From an uncultured Thermoleophilia bacterium (lineage in GTDB: Bacteria; Actinomycetota; Thermoleophilia; UBA2241), in contig CAVPXA010000033.1 of the NCBI GenBank assembly GCA_963709635.1, positions 6,558-70,557 on the forward strand: a stretch of DNA of 64,000 bases. Reading direction: 5' to 3'. Position numbers and translations under genes: made by a program. Each line of letters opens with the position of its first letter. Position 1 is the first letter of the stretch. This document shows positions 27,030 through 36,529 of this stretch, in pieces. The notes under the pieces were generated by a model. The model ran no database searches and was not told where the DNA came from. It worked only from the letters and a program-made list of their open reading frames with translations.

Positions 27030-30000
27030 TCAGTCGGCCGGCGCCGGCTGCGCCGCGACCACCGCGCCGAACTCCTCGTCATCCGGCGCATAGGCGCCCG
27101 CGGGCCGCAGGCGGTCGAACGCCAGGTAGAGCACCGGCACCAGGATCAGCGTCAGGAACGTCGAGGTGAAGAGGCCGCCGATGACGACCACGGCCAGCGG
27201 CGTGGAGAGGAACCCACCGCCTTCGCCGCCGAAGCCGAGCGCCATGGGCACGAGCGCGAGGATCGTGGCGACGGCCGTCATGAGGATGGGCCGCAGCCGC
27301 CGCCGCCCGCCCTCGATCACGGCGGTGCGGGCGTCCATGCCCTTGCGCCGGAACTGCTCCACGAGGTCGAGCAGCACGATGGCGTTGGTCACCACGATGC
27401 CGATGAGCATCAGGAGGCCGACCAGGCTCGGCATGCCGAGGCTCGTGCCGGTGATCACCAGGGCGAGCACCGCGCCGACCGCCGCGAACGGGATGCTGAC
27501 CAGCAGGATCAGCGGGTTCAGCAGGCTGTGGAACGTCGCCACCATGATGATGTACACGAGCAGGATGGCGATGAGCATGGCGATGCCCAGCGTGCGGAAC
27601 ACGTCGTTGGTGGCCTCGGTGGCGCCGCCGAGCTCCCAGCTGGCGCCCTCGGGGAGCTCGACGCCGTCGAGCGCCTTGGTGACCGCGCTGGACGAGGCGC
27701 CGATGTTGTTCTCCACCGACGTCGCCGTCACGCTGGCCGTGCGGGCGCCGTCGACGTGTGTCACCTGCACCGGCGCCTTGACCTCGGCCACCTTGGCGAT
27801 CGTGTCCAGCGGCACCATGCCGGAGGTGCCGGCCACCGGGATCGCCGCGAGCGCCTTGCCCACGGCGCCGGGCAGCGGCGGCACGGTGATGTCGCCGACC
27901 ATGACCTGGGCGGGGAGCACGCCCACGTCGGTCGGCACCGTGCCCAGCGGGTAGCCGTTCAGGATCAGGGTCAGGTACTGGCTGAGCGTGGTCGGCGTCA
28001 CGCCGGCCGCCGCCGCCTTGGCCTGGTCGACCACGATGGTCGCCGACGGCCGCCCCTCGCTGAGGTTGGAGGTCACGTCGGCGAGGCCCTCGACGGTCTT
28101 CATCTCGGCGAGCACCACGTCGTTGGCCTCCTTGAGCACCGCCGGGTCGTCGGCCGCCACGCGCACCTCGAGCAGCGACATGCCGCCGCCCATGGAGGCG
28201 TCGTCGCCGGTCACGGTGATGGCGCCGGCGTTCTGCAGCTCGGCCACCCCGGCGCGGAGCTCATCCATGATGGCGTCCTTGTCGGCGTCCGGGTCGGTGG
28301 TGACCGCGAACGTGGCGAGGTTGGACGAGGCGTTGACGCCGCCGCCGGCCCCGAAGAGGCTGCCGGTGCTGCCGCCGGTGACCTGGTAGACCTCGATGCC
28401 CTCGGTCTCTCCGAGCACCGCCTCGACCTTGCCCGCGGCCGCCATGGTCGCGTCGAGGCTGGTGCCTGCCGGCATGGTCTGGGTGATGCTCACGGTGTTC
28501 TGCCCGGAGCTGTCGAACAGGTTCGTCTTGAGCAGCGGGGAGAGCATCATCGTGCCGGCGAACACGGCGAACGCCGCCACGAGCGTGACGATCTTGTGGT
28601 TCAAGGCCCACTTCAGCGCCGGCAGGTACGCGTTCTGCAGGTGCGTCAGCTCCTTTTCGTCGCGGTGGCCCACCTGGCTCTTGGAGAGCATCCAGGTCGC
28701 GACCACCGGGACGACCATGAGCGCCACGAGGAGGCTGGCCAGCAGGGCGAACGTCACCGTGAGCGCGAACGGCCGGAAGAACTCGGAGGCGAGCCCGCTG
28801 ACGAACCCGAGCGGGAGGAAGACGGCGACGGTCGTCAGCGTGCTCGCCGTGATCGCCCCCGCCACCTCGCGCGTTCCCGTGAACGCGGCGGAGCGGATGC
28901 TGTCACCCTCCTGCAGGTGCCGGTGGATGTTCTCGATCACGACGATGGAGTCGTCGATCACGCGTCCGATGGCGATGGTCAGCCCGCCGAGCGTAAGCAT
29001 GTTCAGGGAGTTGCCCCTGCTCCACAGGATGATCAGCGCGCCGATGATGCTGAGCGGGATGGAGAGACCGGCGATGACGGTCGAGCGCCAGCTGCGCAGG
29101 AACGCCCAGATGACGATGACGGCGAACGCGGCGCCGATGAGGCCCTCGCGCAGCAGGGAGCTGATGCTGTCCTTGACGAAGACGGCCTGGTCGACGACCG
29201 TGGTGACCGTGGCCTGGCCGCCGAGGTCCTCGCTGATCGCGGGCAGCTCCTCCGCGATCGCATTGGCGATGTCCACCGTGTTGCCGCTGCTCGCCTTGCT
29301 GACCGAGATGCCGATGGATGCCTCGCCGTTGGTGCGCGTGATGGCGGTGAGCGGAGCCGGGCCGATCTTGACGTCGGCGACGTCGCCGAGCCGAACGGTC
29401 TGTCGATACTTGTCGGCGGCGGCGGAGGCGCCGGCCGCCGCGGAGGCCGCGGAGGCGCCGGCGGCCGATGCGCCGGCCGCGCTCGCCGCTCCGGCGGAGC
29501 CCGCCGCCGGCGCCGCGGAGGCCGGCAGGAGCACGAGGTCCTCGATCGCCTTCTCCGTCTGCGCGGAGGCGCTCACCGTGACCGGGTAGACGATGCTGCC
29601 GGAGGTCACGGTGCCCGCCCCCGTGGCCACGTTGGCCTGGGTGACGGCCGTGGCGATCTGGGTGGGATCGACGCCGAGCGCGGCGACCTTCTCCGGGTCG
29701 AGCCGGATCTCCAGCTGCATCTGCTGCACGCCCGAGAGGGTGACCGCCTGCACGCCGTCGACGGCCTGCAGGCGGGGCACCACGCGCGTGCCCAGGAGCG
29801 CCGCCAGCTGTTCCGCCGGCAGGTCGGAGGACACCGCCAGCTGGATCACCGGCATGCTGTTGAAGTTGAGGGCCGCGACCGCCGGCGCCTGGGCGGTGGC
29901 CGGCAGCATCGCCTGCACGCCCGAGATCGCCTGCTGGACCTCGGCCTCCTTCTTCTGCATGTCCGTCCCGAACTCGTACTCGATGGTGATGATGCTCACG

Positions 30001-30263
30001 CCGTCGTTGGAGAACGAGTCGAACGCTTTGACGTCGCTGGTGGCCTTGACCGCCTGCTCCAGCGGCGTGGTGATGGTCCGCTCCACGTCCTTGGGTGACG
30101 AGCCCGGAGCGACGGTGAACACCGTGAGGTACGGGAAGGTGAGGTCGGGGATGAGCTCCTGCTTGAGGCCGGTGATGGCGAAGGCGCCGAACAGCAGCAC
30201 GGCGAGCACGGCCAGTCCGACGATGGAACGGTTGCGCAGGGCGATCTTCGTCAACCAGCTCAA
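27030..30263 (-). CDS. RND-family efflux permease (AcrB/HAE-type), no adjacent adaptor or outer-membrane partner
   Basis: Intact 1077 aa. N-terminus MSWLTKIALRNRSIVGLAVLAVLLFG, 12-TM/2-large-loop layout, typical motifs GLIGAAFAVIVIW and ALVPMALGFG. Ala/Ser/Gly low-complexity insert encoded at ~29400-29530. Confidence 0.85.
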   Translation of the reverse strand: MSWLTKIALRNRSIVGLAVLAVLLFGAFAITGLKQELIPDLTFPYLTVFTVAPGSSPKDVERTITTPLEQAVKATSDVKAFDSFSNDGVSIITIEYEFGTDMQKKEAEVQQAISGVQAMLPATAQAPAVAALNFNSMPVIQLAVSSDLPAEQLAALLGTRVVPRLQAVDGVQAVTLSGVQQMQLEIRLDPEKVAALGVDPTQIATAVTQANVATGAGTVTSGSIVYPVTVSASAQTEKAIEDLVLLPASAAPAAGSAGAASAAGASAAGASAASAAAGASAAADKYRQTVRLGDVADVKIGPAPLTAITRTNGEASIGISVSKASSGNTVDIANAIAEELPAISEDLGGQATVTTVVDQAVFVKDSISSLLREGLIGAAFAVIVIWAFLRSWRSTVIAGLSIPLSIIGALIILWSRGNSLNMLTLGGLTIAIGRVIDDSIVVIENIHRHLQEGDSIRSAAFTGTREVAGAITASTLTTVAVFLPLGFVSGLASEFFRPFALTVTFALLASLLVALMVVPVVATWMLSKSQVGHRDEKELTHLQNAYLPALKWALNHKIVTLVAAFAVFAGTMMLSPLLKTNLFDSSGQNTVSITQTMPAGTSLDATMAAAGKVEAVLGETEGIEVYQVTGGSTGSLFGAGGGVNASSNLATFAVTTDPDADKDAIMDELRAGVAELQNAGAITVTGDDASMGGGMSLLEVRVAADDPAVLKEANDVVLAEMKTVEGLADVTSNLSEGRPSATIVVDQAKAAAAGVTPTTLSQYLTLILNGYPLGTVPTDVGVLPAQVMVGDITVPPLPGAVGKALAAIPVAGTSGMVPLDTIAKVAEVKAPVQVTHVDGARTASVTATSVENNIGASSSAVTKALDGVELPEGASWELGGATEATNDVFRTLGIAMLIAILLVYIIMVATFHSLLNPLILLVSIPFAAVGAVLALVITGTSLGMPSLVGLLMLIGIVVTNAIVLLDLVEQFRRKGMDARTAVIEGGRRRLRPILMTAVATILALVPMALGFGGEGGGFLSTPLAVVVIGGLFTSTFLTLILVPVLYLAFDRLRPAGAYAPDDEEFGAVVAAQPAPAD

Positions 30264-30781
30264 GGGGTGCCTCCAGTGTGCGATGGGGAGATGCCGCCGG
30301 CCCCGGCGGCGTCGGACGACGCTTCGGTGATGCGGCGCTGGCGCCAGCGGGTGAGCAGTTCGGGCAGCTCTGCCTCGATGAACGCGGCGAACTCCAGGAG
30401 ATCGTGCATGAGTGCGTAGTTGGACTGTGACTGGTCGCGGTCGGCCACGGTCTGCAGGCCGCGCGCGATGAGCCGGTGCATGGTGCGGATGTGGTCGATG
30501 GGAAGGATCTCGTCGGGGTCGGCGGGCAGCGCGCGGTAGAAGTCGCCGCGCTGCCCGGGTTCGCCGACGCGTTCGATGAACCGGCTCTGCAGCAGCAGGC
30601 GGGCCGCGCCGCTCACGGCGGCCTTGCTGACGCCCAGCCCCTCGGCGATCTCAGTCAGTGACTGGACGGGGGGGTCGGCCAGGAGCAGCCACCCGGACAC
30701 ACGCCCGGTCATCCGCGTGCCCCCCATCTGTTCCTGCAGCAGCCCGAACTCCTCGATGAGCTCGCGCTGTTCCGTGGTCAT
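30260..30781 (-). CDS. GbsR/MarR-type winged-helix transcriptional regulator
   Basis: The last 173 codons of track ORF 30260..31309 (ATG 30781). EEFGLLQEQMGGTRMTGRVSGWLLLADPPVQSLTEIAEGLGVSKAAVSGAARLL. The stop overlaps the RND start (ATGA, 30260-30263). Confidence 0.7.
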   Translation of the reverse strand: MTTEQRELIEEFGLLQEQMGGTRMTGRVSGWLLLADPPVQSLTEIAEGLGVSKAAVSGAARLLLQSRFIERVGEPGQRGDFYRALPADPDEILPIDHIRTMHRLIARGLQTVADRDQSQSNYALMHDLLEFAAFIEAELPELLTRWRQRRITEASSDAAGAGGISPSHTGGTP

Positions 30782-30830
30782 CTCGGCGCGCAACGGCGAC
30801 CGCCTTTCCCGGACCCGACAGCAAGAACGT

Positions 30831-30859
30831 AAAGTACAGAGTGAACGGACTGAACGCAA
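30831..30859 (-). promoter_or_regulatory. promoter candidate for the regulator-RND operon: TTGCGT -17 nt- TACTTT
   Basis: A relatively AT-rich 120-nt spacer. Minus strand reads TTGCGTtcagtccgttcactctgTACTTT with GTTCA-gtcc-GTTCA direct repeats in the spacer. Confidence 0.4.
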
Positions 30860-30903
30860 CCAGAAGAGTGGCGGAGTGGATCGTGAAGCGCTGCGGGAGG
30901 GGG

Positions 30904-31839
30904 TCAGCCGACGCCGGCGAGGCCGGCGAGGCGGTCGGCGACCGCCGTGACCTCGTCGCGCACCGTGAGCGCGTCGAGCCAGCGTGCGGGGATGCCCGAC
31001 TCGCCGTACACGGCGCCGGCGAGCGCGCCGGTCACGGCGCCCGCCGCCGTGGCGTCGTTGCCCATGTTCACGGCGATGGTGACGGCGTGCTCGAAGTCGG
31101 CGCCGTGCAGCACCGTCCAGAGCGCCGTCTGCAGGGTGTCGAGCACGAACGACGAGCTCACGATCTCTTCGACCTCGGCGGCAGGCGTCTCGCGCAGGAC
31201 CCCCGAGACGCGCTTGTCCCCGTCGTCGAACGTGTGCGCGATCGCCGGCAGCTCCTCGTGCAGCTCGCCGCGGAGCGCCGCCGTGATGAGGTCGTTGAAG
31301 GCGGCGCACGACCAGCCGGCGAGTCGGTCGAAGTGGGTGAGGGTGGACTCGCGCAGCGACACCTGGTGCCTGGTCGCCGCGTCGCTCCAGTAGAGGAGGC
31401 CCACCGGAGCGCAGCGGATGAGGCTCCCGTTGCCGGCGGTGGGCCCGCCGAGGATCTCGAAGGCCCGCCGGGACGCCACGTCCCAGTGCGTGCCGGAGCG
31501 GTAGCTGATGAGGGCGGCCCTCACGGTGAGGCTCACGTGCGCCGGCTGGCCCTCCAGCCAGTCGCCGAGCCGGGCCATGATGTCCTCGGGCTCGAACCCG
31601 CCGTTGTCCGCCAGGCTGCGGGCCAGGCAGAGCATCATCTGGGTGGCGTCGGTGATCTCGCCCGGCGCGAGGCCGTAGACGCCGCCGCCGGTCATCTCGG
31701 TGATGACCCCGTACTTCTCCACCACCTGCTCGGCGGTGAGGAACTCCGCCGGCATGCCCAGCGCCTCCCCCGTCGCGAGCCCCAGGAGGGTGCCGCGGAA
31801 GCGGTCGCGGAGGACGGCTGCGTCGGGGCGCGGGCTCAC
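30904..31839 (-). CDS. ADP-ribosylglycohydrolase family protein
   Basis: GTG 31839 overlaps the upstream stop (GTGA). RDRFRGTLLGLATGEALG N-terminal motif and MGNDATAAGAVTGALAGAVYG C-terminal motif. 311 aa. Confidence 0.8.
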   Translation of the reverse strand: MSPRPDAAVLRDRFRGTLLGLATGEALGMPAEFLTAEQVVEKYGVITEMTGGGVYGLAPGEITDATQMMLCLARSLADNGGFEPEDIMARLGDWLEGQPAHVSLTVRAALISYRSGTHWDVASRRAFEILGGPTAGNGSLIRCAPVGLLYWSDAATRHQVSLRESTLTHFDRLAGWSCAAFNDLITAALRGELHEELPAIAHTFDDGDKRVSGVLRETPAAEVEEIVSSSFVLDTLQTALWTVLHGADFEHAVTIAVNMGNDATAAGAVTGALAGAVYGESGIPARWLDALTVRDEVTAVADRLAGLAGVG

Positions 31840-33210
31840 GAGAGCAGGTCCCGCGCCAGCCGCTCGAAGAACAGGGACTGGTAGACCACGTCCTCGACGA
31901 GGATGCGCTCGTCCGGCTGGTGGTCGCGGCCGCCGTCCATGGCGTGGAAGCTCTCCGCCACGTAGGGGGCGAAACCGTACGCCACGCAGTCCGGGAACGC
32001 CTCGCGCAGGTAGCGCGAGTCGGTGAAGCTCCCCGACGTCATGGGGGCGAGCACGGCGTCGGGGACGTCGCGGCGCAGCACCCGCGCGATGCTCTCGCTG
32101 AGGGGGGTCGCCGCCGGCGACGCGTTGGGCGTGGTGACGTCGACCCACTCGAACTCCCAGTCGATCCCCAGCGGGTCGAGCACGCTCGCCACGAAGCGCG
32201 CGACGTCGTCGTGCGTCATCTCGGGGAGGATGCGACAGTCGATGTTGGCCTCGGCCCGCGTCGGGATGACGTTGACCGCCTTGCCGGCCGCTGAGCATGG
32301 TCGGCGTGATGGTGGCGCCGAACAGCGGCTCGATGAGGCCGGCGACCACGGGGTCGAGCGCGCGCAGCTCCGCTCCGGCGGCGCGCGCCGTCGCGGGGTG
32401 CTTGAGCCGCGCGGCGAGCGCAGCGTCCGGCACCAGGACGTCGATGAACGCCGCCGTCGTGCCCGAGACGATGGCCGGCGGGTCGGCCAGGCCGAGCGCC
32501 GCCACGGCGCGGGCCAGGTCGATGACGGCGCTGCGGTCCTTCTCGGGCACCGACCCGTGGCCGCCGCGCCCTCGGGTCGTGATGCGGAACTGGGCGAACG
32601 CCTTCTCCCCGACGGCGAGCAGGAAGACCTTCTTGCCGCCGACCGGGAGCCACAGGCCGCCCATGCCCTCGTTGATGCAGAAGTCGGCGCGCAGGGCGTC
32701 CGGGCGGTGCTCGCTCAGCCACTTGACGCCGCAGAACTCGCCGTCCTCCTCGTCCGCCGTCGCCGCGTACTTGACGGTGCCGGCGAAGGGGGCGCCCGCG
32801 CGCTTGAGGCGGACGAGGGCGACCGCCTCGGCCGCCACCTGGTTCTTCATGTCCACCGTGCCGACGCCCCAGACGTAGCCGTCCTTCACGACGCCGCCGA
32901 ACGGCGGCACGCTCCACTCGGCGGCGTCCGCCGGGACGACGTCGAGGTGGCCCATCATCGTGAGGGTCCTGCCCGGCTCGCGCCCGTCCAGCCGGGCGTA
33001 CAGGCTGCGCCGGTCGGGCCGCTCCCCGTCCAGCTCGCAGGCGATGCCGTTCTCGGCGAGATACGCCTGCAGGACCCGCGCGGCCTCGGTCTCGTTGCCG
33101 TTGGTCGTGTCGACGCGCAGCAGCGCCGTGAACAGCTCGAGGACCTCGTCCTCGAGAGCCTGCCACTCGTGCTCGTCCAGACCGTACCGGACCACGGTCA
33201 CCTTTCTCAC
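31836..33210 (-). pseudogene. M20-family metallopeptidase/deacylase (ArgE/DapE/CPG2-like), one frame break
   Basis: MMGHLDVVPA, VDMKNQVAA and ADEEDG motifs in the long ORF frame. After an extra C near 32288 the tail continues in ORF 31836..32219 (KAVNVIPTRAEANIDCRILPE...). The start is GTG 33210 or 33201. Confidence 0.8.
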
Positions 33211-33315
33211 GGGGGTGAAGCGACGTACCGCAGCGTCATGATAGCCGTCTGTACTTGACCTCGCGAGTCCCGTAGGCTCGCGGGCAGGCGTAGTACGAGC
33301 GTGCAGGAGGGGACG

Positions 33316-34503
33316 ATGAAGATCGCCGTCGTGGGTGCGGGCGCCATGGGCCGCTGGGCAGTCAAGGAGCTGGGGCTGAGCCCCGACGTCGAGGAGGTCG
33401 TCGTCGGGGACTACGACGAGGCGCAGGCCCGCGAGGTCGCCGCCGCCTTCGGCGGCGGCAAGGCCGCGGGCCGCTTCGTCGACGCGCGCGACCAGCAGAG
33501 CGTGCAGCAGGCCATCGCCGGCTGCGACGCGCTGGTCAACGCGACGCAGCACTTCTGGAACATCACCGTGATGCACGCCGCCGCGGCCGCCCGCGTGCAC
33601 TACACCGACATGGGCGGCCTGTTCCACGTCACCAAGCAGCAGGTGGAACTGCACGAGGAGTTCCGCCAGGCGGGCGTGACGGCCGTGATCGCCATGGGCG
33701 GCGCGCCGGGCGTCACCAACATCCTCGCCCGGTACGGCGCCGAGCGCCTGGACGTGGTCGAGGAGGCGCACGCCCTGTGCGGCAACGTCGACGACACCGA
33801 CTGGAGCGGCTACGGCGGCTGGGTCGTCCCGTACTCGCTCGAGACGCTCTGCGACGAGTTCAGCGTCGTCGCCCCGGAGTTCATCGACGGCCACTGGGTC
33901 ACGGACATCACCGGTGGCGAGGGGTGCGAGGACCTCGACTTCGGCGAGCCCGCTGGGCTGCTCGAGGCGCACTACACCATCCACTCCGAGCCCTTCACCT
34001 TCTGGCACACGTGGAAGGACCAGGGGCTGAAGAGCGCCACGTTCAAGCTCTCCCTGCCGGCCGAGTTCACCGGGCAGATGCGGTTCCTCGACACCATCGG
34101 GATGACGCGCATCGACGAGGTCGAGGTCAAGGGCGTGCACGTGCGGCCGCGCGACGTGCTCCTCAAGGTCGTCGGCGAGATCCCGCGGCCCACAGACGTG
34201 GTGCTCGACGACGTGGACTACCTCCTCGGCGTCGTCCGCGGCGTCAAGGACGGGCGCCGGGTGGAGTGGCGCGTGCGCGCCGTCGTCCCGGCGCACAAGG
34301 AGTACGGCGCCGGCGGCGGTGACGTGGACACCGGCATCCCGCCGGCGATCGTCGCGCGCATGCTCGCGCGCGGAGAAATCGCCGGCCCCGGCGTCTTCGT
34401 CCCCGAGCAGGTCGTGCCGTGCGAGCGCTTCTTCGAGGAGTTCTCGCGCTGGGGCGTCACCGTCGACGCCCAGATGCGCGAGCTGCTGGCCTCACCCGGC
34501 TGA
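33316..34503 (+). CDS. saccharopine dehydrogenase-family NAD(P)-binding oxidoreductase
   Basis: ATG 33316 after AGGAGG. Rossmann motif MKIAVVGAGAMG. The overall pattern (GGAPGVTNILA..) is typical of Sacchrp_dh proteins. Divergent from the M20 gene. Confidence 0.75.
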   Translation: MKIAVVGAGAMGRWAVKELGLSPDVEEVVVGDYDEAQAREVAAAFGGGKAAGRFVDARDQQSVQQAIAGCDALVNATQHFWNITVMHAAAAARVHYTDMGGLFHVTKQQVELHEEFRQAGVTAVIAMGGAPGVTNILARYGAERLDVVEEAHALCGNVDDTDWSGYGGWVVPYSLETLCDEFSVVAPEFIDGHWVTDITGGEGCEDLDFGEPAGLLEAHYTIHSEPFTFWHTWKDQGLKSATFKLSLPAEFTGQMRFLDTIGMTRIDEVEVKGVHVRPRDVLLKVVGEIPRPTDVVLDDVDYLLGVVRGVKDGRRVEWRVRAVVPAHKEYGAGGGDVDTGIPPAIVARMLARGEIAGPGVFVPEQVVPCERFFEEFSRWGVTVDAQMRELLASPG

Positions 34504-34546
34504 GCGAGGCCGGGCCCGGCGGCGCTCGCGGGCGCCGGGCCCGGAG

Positions 34547-35482
34547 TCAGCCGAGCTCGAGCTGCGTCTGTGGCGGCTGCGTCTCCACGCCGAGCAGGTG
34601 CGCCATGCGGCGCGCGTTCTGCATGCCCCAGTCCTCGTAGTTGTTGTTGAAGAGGACGTGGACGGCGCGCGCCTGCGCCGCGAGCTCGCGCACCCGGGGC
34701 GCCCACTCCTCGAGCTCGGCGTCGCTGTAGAGGTACTTGAAGCGGTCCGACGCCGCGCCGGTCCGGCTCTCCCACGTGTCCGCGTTGCGCCCGTGGAGGC
34801 GTACCACGGCGAGGGGGGCGGTCGCGGCGGCCAGGGGCGGCGTGCTGTTGGGGAACCCCTGCGGCTCGTCGACGGCGACGTAGGCGAGCCCGGCCTCCTC
34901 CAGCAGGCGCAGGGTGGCGGCGGCGGATCCGTCCTCGAGCCAGCCGCCGCCGCGGAACTCCACCGCCAGCGGCCAGCCCGGCAGCCGCTCGGGCAGCGCG
35001 CGCAGGTACTCGCGGTTGTCGTGAGAGCGGATGAACCAGGGCGGGAACTGGAAGAGCACCGCGCCCAGCTTGCCGGCCTCCGCGAGCGGCGCCAGCGCCT
35101 CCCGGTGCAGCTGCCAGACGAGCTCCATCTCGCGCTCCCCGACGTCCCTCGCGTACACGGAGCGCTTGCCGCGCAGGTCGTCCGGCAGCCGGTTGCGCAG
35201 CCAGTCGGGCAGCCGGTCGGGGGCCGCGGCGTGGTGGGTGAGCCACGCGAACGCCTTGACGTTGAGGGTGAAGTGCGCCGGCGTGCGCGCCACCCACAGC
35301 TCGCTGTTGCGGGGGGACGGCGGGGCGTAGTAGGTGGCGTCGACCTCGACGATGTCGAACTGCTCCGCGTAGTACCGCAGCCGTGACTCGGCGCTGGTCA
35401 CGCCCGGCGGGTAGAAGCGGCCGCACGAGATGAGTGAGGGGTCGGTCCAGGAGCAGCTGCCGACCAGGATGCGTGCGGCCAC
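34547..35482 (-). CDS. DUF72-family protein
   Basis: GTG start after AGGAGG. GSCSWTDPSLI..FYP..RLRYYAEQFDIVEVDATYY..W..TPAHFTLNVKA is the classic DUF72 N-terminus. Intact 311 aa. Confidence 0.85.
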   Translation of the reverse strand: MAARILVGSCSWTDPSLISCGRFYPPGVTSAESRLRYYAEQFDIVEVDATYYAPPSPRNSELWVARTPAHFTLNVKAFAWLTHHAAAPDRLPDWLRNRLPDDLRGKRSVYARDVGEREMELVWQLHREALAPLAEAGKLGAVLFQFPPWFIRSHDNREYLRALPERLPGWPLAVEFRGGGWLEDGSAAATLRLLEEAGLAYVAVDEPQGFPNSTPPLAAATAPLAVVRLHGRNADTWESRTGAASDRFKYLYSDAELEEWAPRVRELAAQARAVHVLFNNNYEDWGMQNARRMAHLLGVETQPPQTQLELG

Positions 35483-35722
35483 CGTTGCCTCCTGCCTGAG
35501 ATGGTTGCGCGGTCCAGCAACGTTGTACCACCGTTGTGGCCGGGCCTATACTCCGGACGACGACTCAGTCGGCGCCACGGTCTGTGCAGACCACGGCCTC
35601 GGGTTCGACGGAGGCATCCTGAAGGGGGCGCCGCGGATGGGCGGGCACTTCTCACGAAGGCCCGCCCATCGTCATGACCACGGCCTCGTCAGGCTCGATT
35701 GACCGCCCCGCCTGCGTCGGCC

Positions 35723-35728
35723 TATACT
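35723..35728 (+). promoter_or_regulatory. -10 box TATACT 13 nt upstream of the tRNA-Leu 5' end
   Basis: Embedded in the 11-mer GGCCTATACTC, which also occurs at 35543-35553. Confidence 0.4.
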
Positions 35729-35741
35729 CTCTATCCCTCGT

Positions 35742-35830
35742 GTCGGAATGGCGGAATTGGTAGACGCGCTAGGTTGAGGGCCTAGTGAGGGTATAACCTC
35801 ATGGGGGTTCAAGTCCCCCTTCCGACACCA
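35742..35830 (+). tRNA. tRNA-Leu (anticodon GAG), type II with long variable arm, CCA encoded
   Basis: Acceptor GTCGGAA/TTCCGAC. Anticodon stem CTAGG/CCTAG with loop TTGAGGG. Variable arm TGAGGGTATAACCTCAT. T-arm GGGGG-TTCAAGT-CCCCC. Discriminator A plus CCA. Confidence 0.95.
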
Positions 35831-35887
35831 CCTCTTCTCTCTCGTTCGTCCCGGCGCGCCCGGGTCCGCTCGGCTCCCTGCCGGCGC

Positions 35888-36319
35888 CTACAGGCCTCTC
35901 CAGAGCGCCAGCCCGGTGACCTCGTCGAACTCCCGCTCCAGCGGCTCGCCGACGAGCTCCTGCAGGATGAGCTCGCAGGCGAAGATCACGCAGCCCGGCG
36001 CGACGTGACCACCCACGCAGGCGCCGTCGTGACCGGCGAGCGTGGCGTGGGCGTGCACGAAGGTGGAGCCGTCCTTGCGCGTGACGTTGCCGAGCAGGCC
36101 CAGCAACTCCACCGGCGCGTCCACGGAGAACTCGCCGTACTCGTGCGCCGTCTGGTCGTAGAAGGCGAGGCGGGCGGTCTTGAGCGCGCCGATCGCACGC
36201 AGCTCCGCCGCCTGCATCCCGTGCGCGTCGGCGACCGCGGCGATCTCCTCGAGCAGGTCGCCGTCGTGCGCCAGCCTGGCCACGACGCGCCTTCCTCGGC
36301 CGTACTCCAGTGCTCCCAT
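35888..36319 (-). CDS. PPC (DUF296) domain protein
   Basis: The last 143 codons of track ORF 35888..37324 (ATG 36319, AGGAGG upstream). RVVARLAHDGDLLEEIAAVADAHGMQAAELRAIGAL...HAHATLAGHDGACVGGHVAPGCVIFACELILQEL. Confidence 0.8.
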   Translation of the reverse strand: MGALEYGRGRRVVARLAHDGDLLEEIAAVADAHGMQAAELRAIGALKTARLAFYDQTAHEYGEFSVDAPVELLGLLGNVTRKDGSTFVHAHATLAGHDGACVGGHVAPGCVIFACELILQELVGEPLEREFDEVTGLALWRGL

Positions 36320-36529
36320 CGGTGCCTCCTCACGTCGCCTCGGCCTGCCGCGGCCGGCCCTTCGCGCGAGTGTACATCCGCCGCCCGGAGCGGCCGGCGG
36401 ACGCCGTCGAGGCCGACGCCCGAGCGGCCTTGTCCGCCGCAAGCCGCAGCGGCCGTGTACACGGCGGGCGCGGAGGGTATGAGCGTGTACGACCCTGATG
36501 ATGACCGTAGGAGACTGCGGAGGCACGCG

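Noticed and set aside
26412-30098. 1228-aa ORF on the + strand
   Set aside because: It is antisense to the intact RND permease gene. Its translation is Arg/Gly/His/Asp-rich low complexity with no motifs. This is the typical shadow ORF of a very GC-rich coding region.
30904-34296. 1130-aa ORF on the - strand
   Set aside because: It concatenates three things in one open frame: the ADP-ribosylglycohydrolase, the out-of-frame tail plus the N-terminal part of the M20 peptidase, and the antisense of the saccharopine-dehydrogenase gene. I split it on motif and start-site evidence.
35430-35702. 90-aa ORF in the DUF72 / tRNA-Leu spacer
   Set aside because: It overlaps the DUF72 start and promoter region. 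It has no SD, a His/Arg/Gly-rich unconvincing sequence, and coincides with hairpins better explained as RNA structure.
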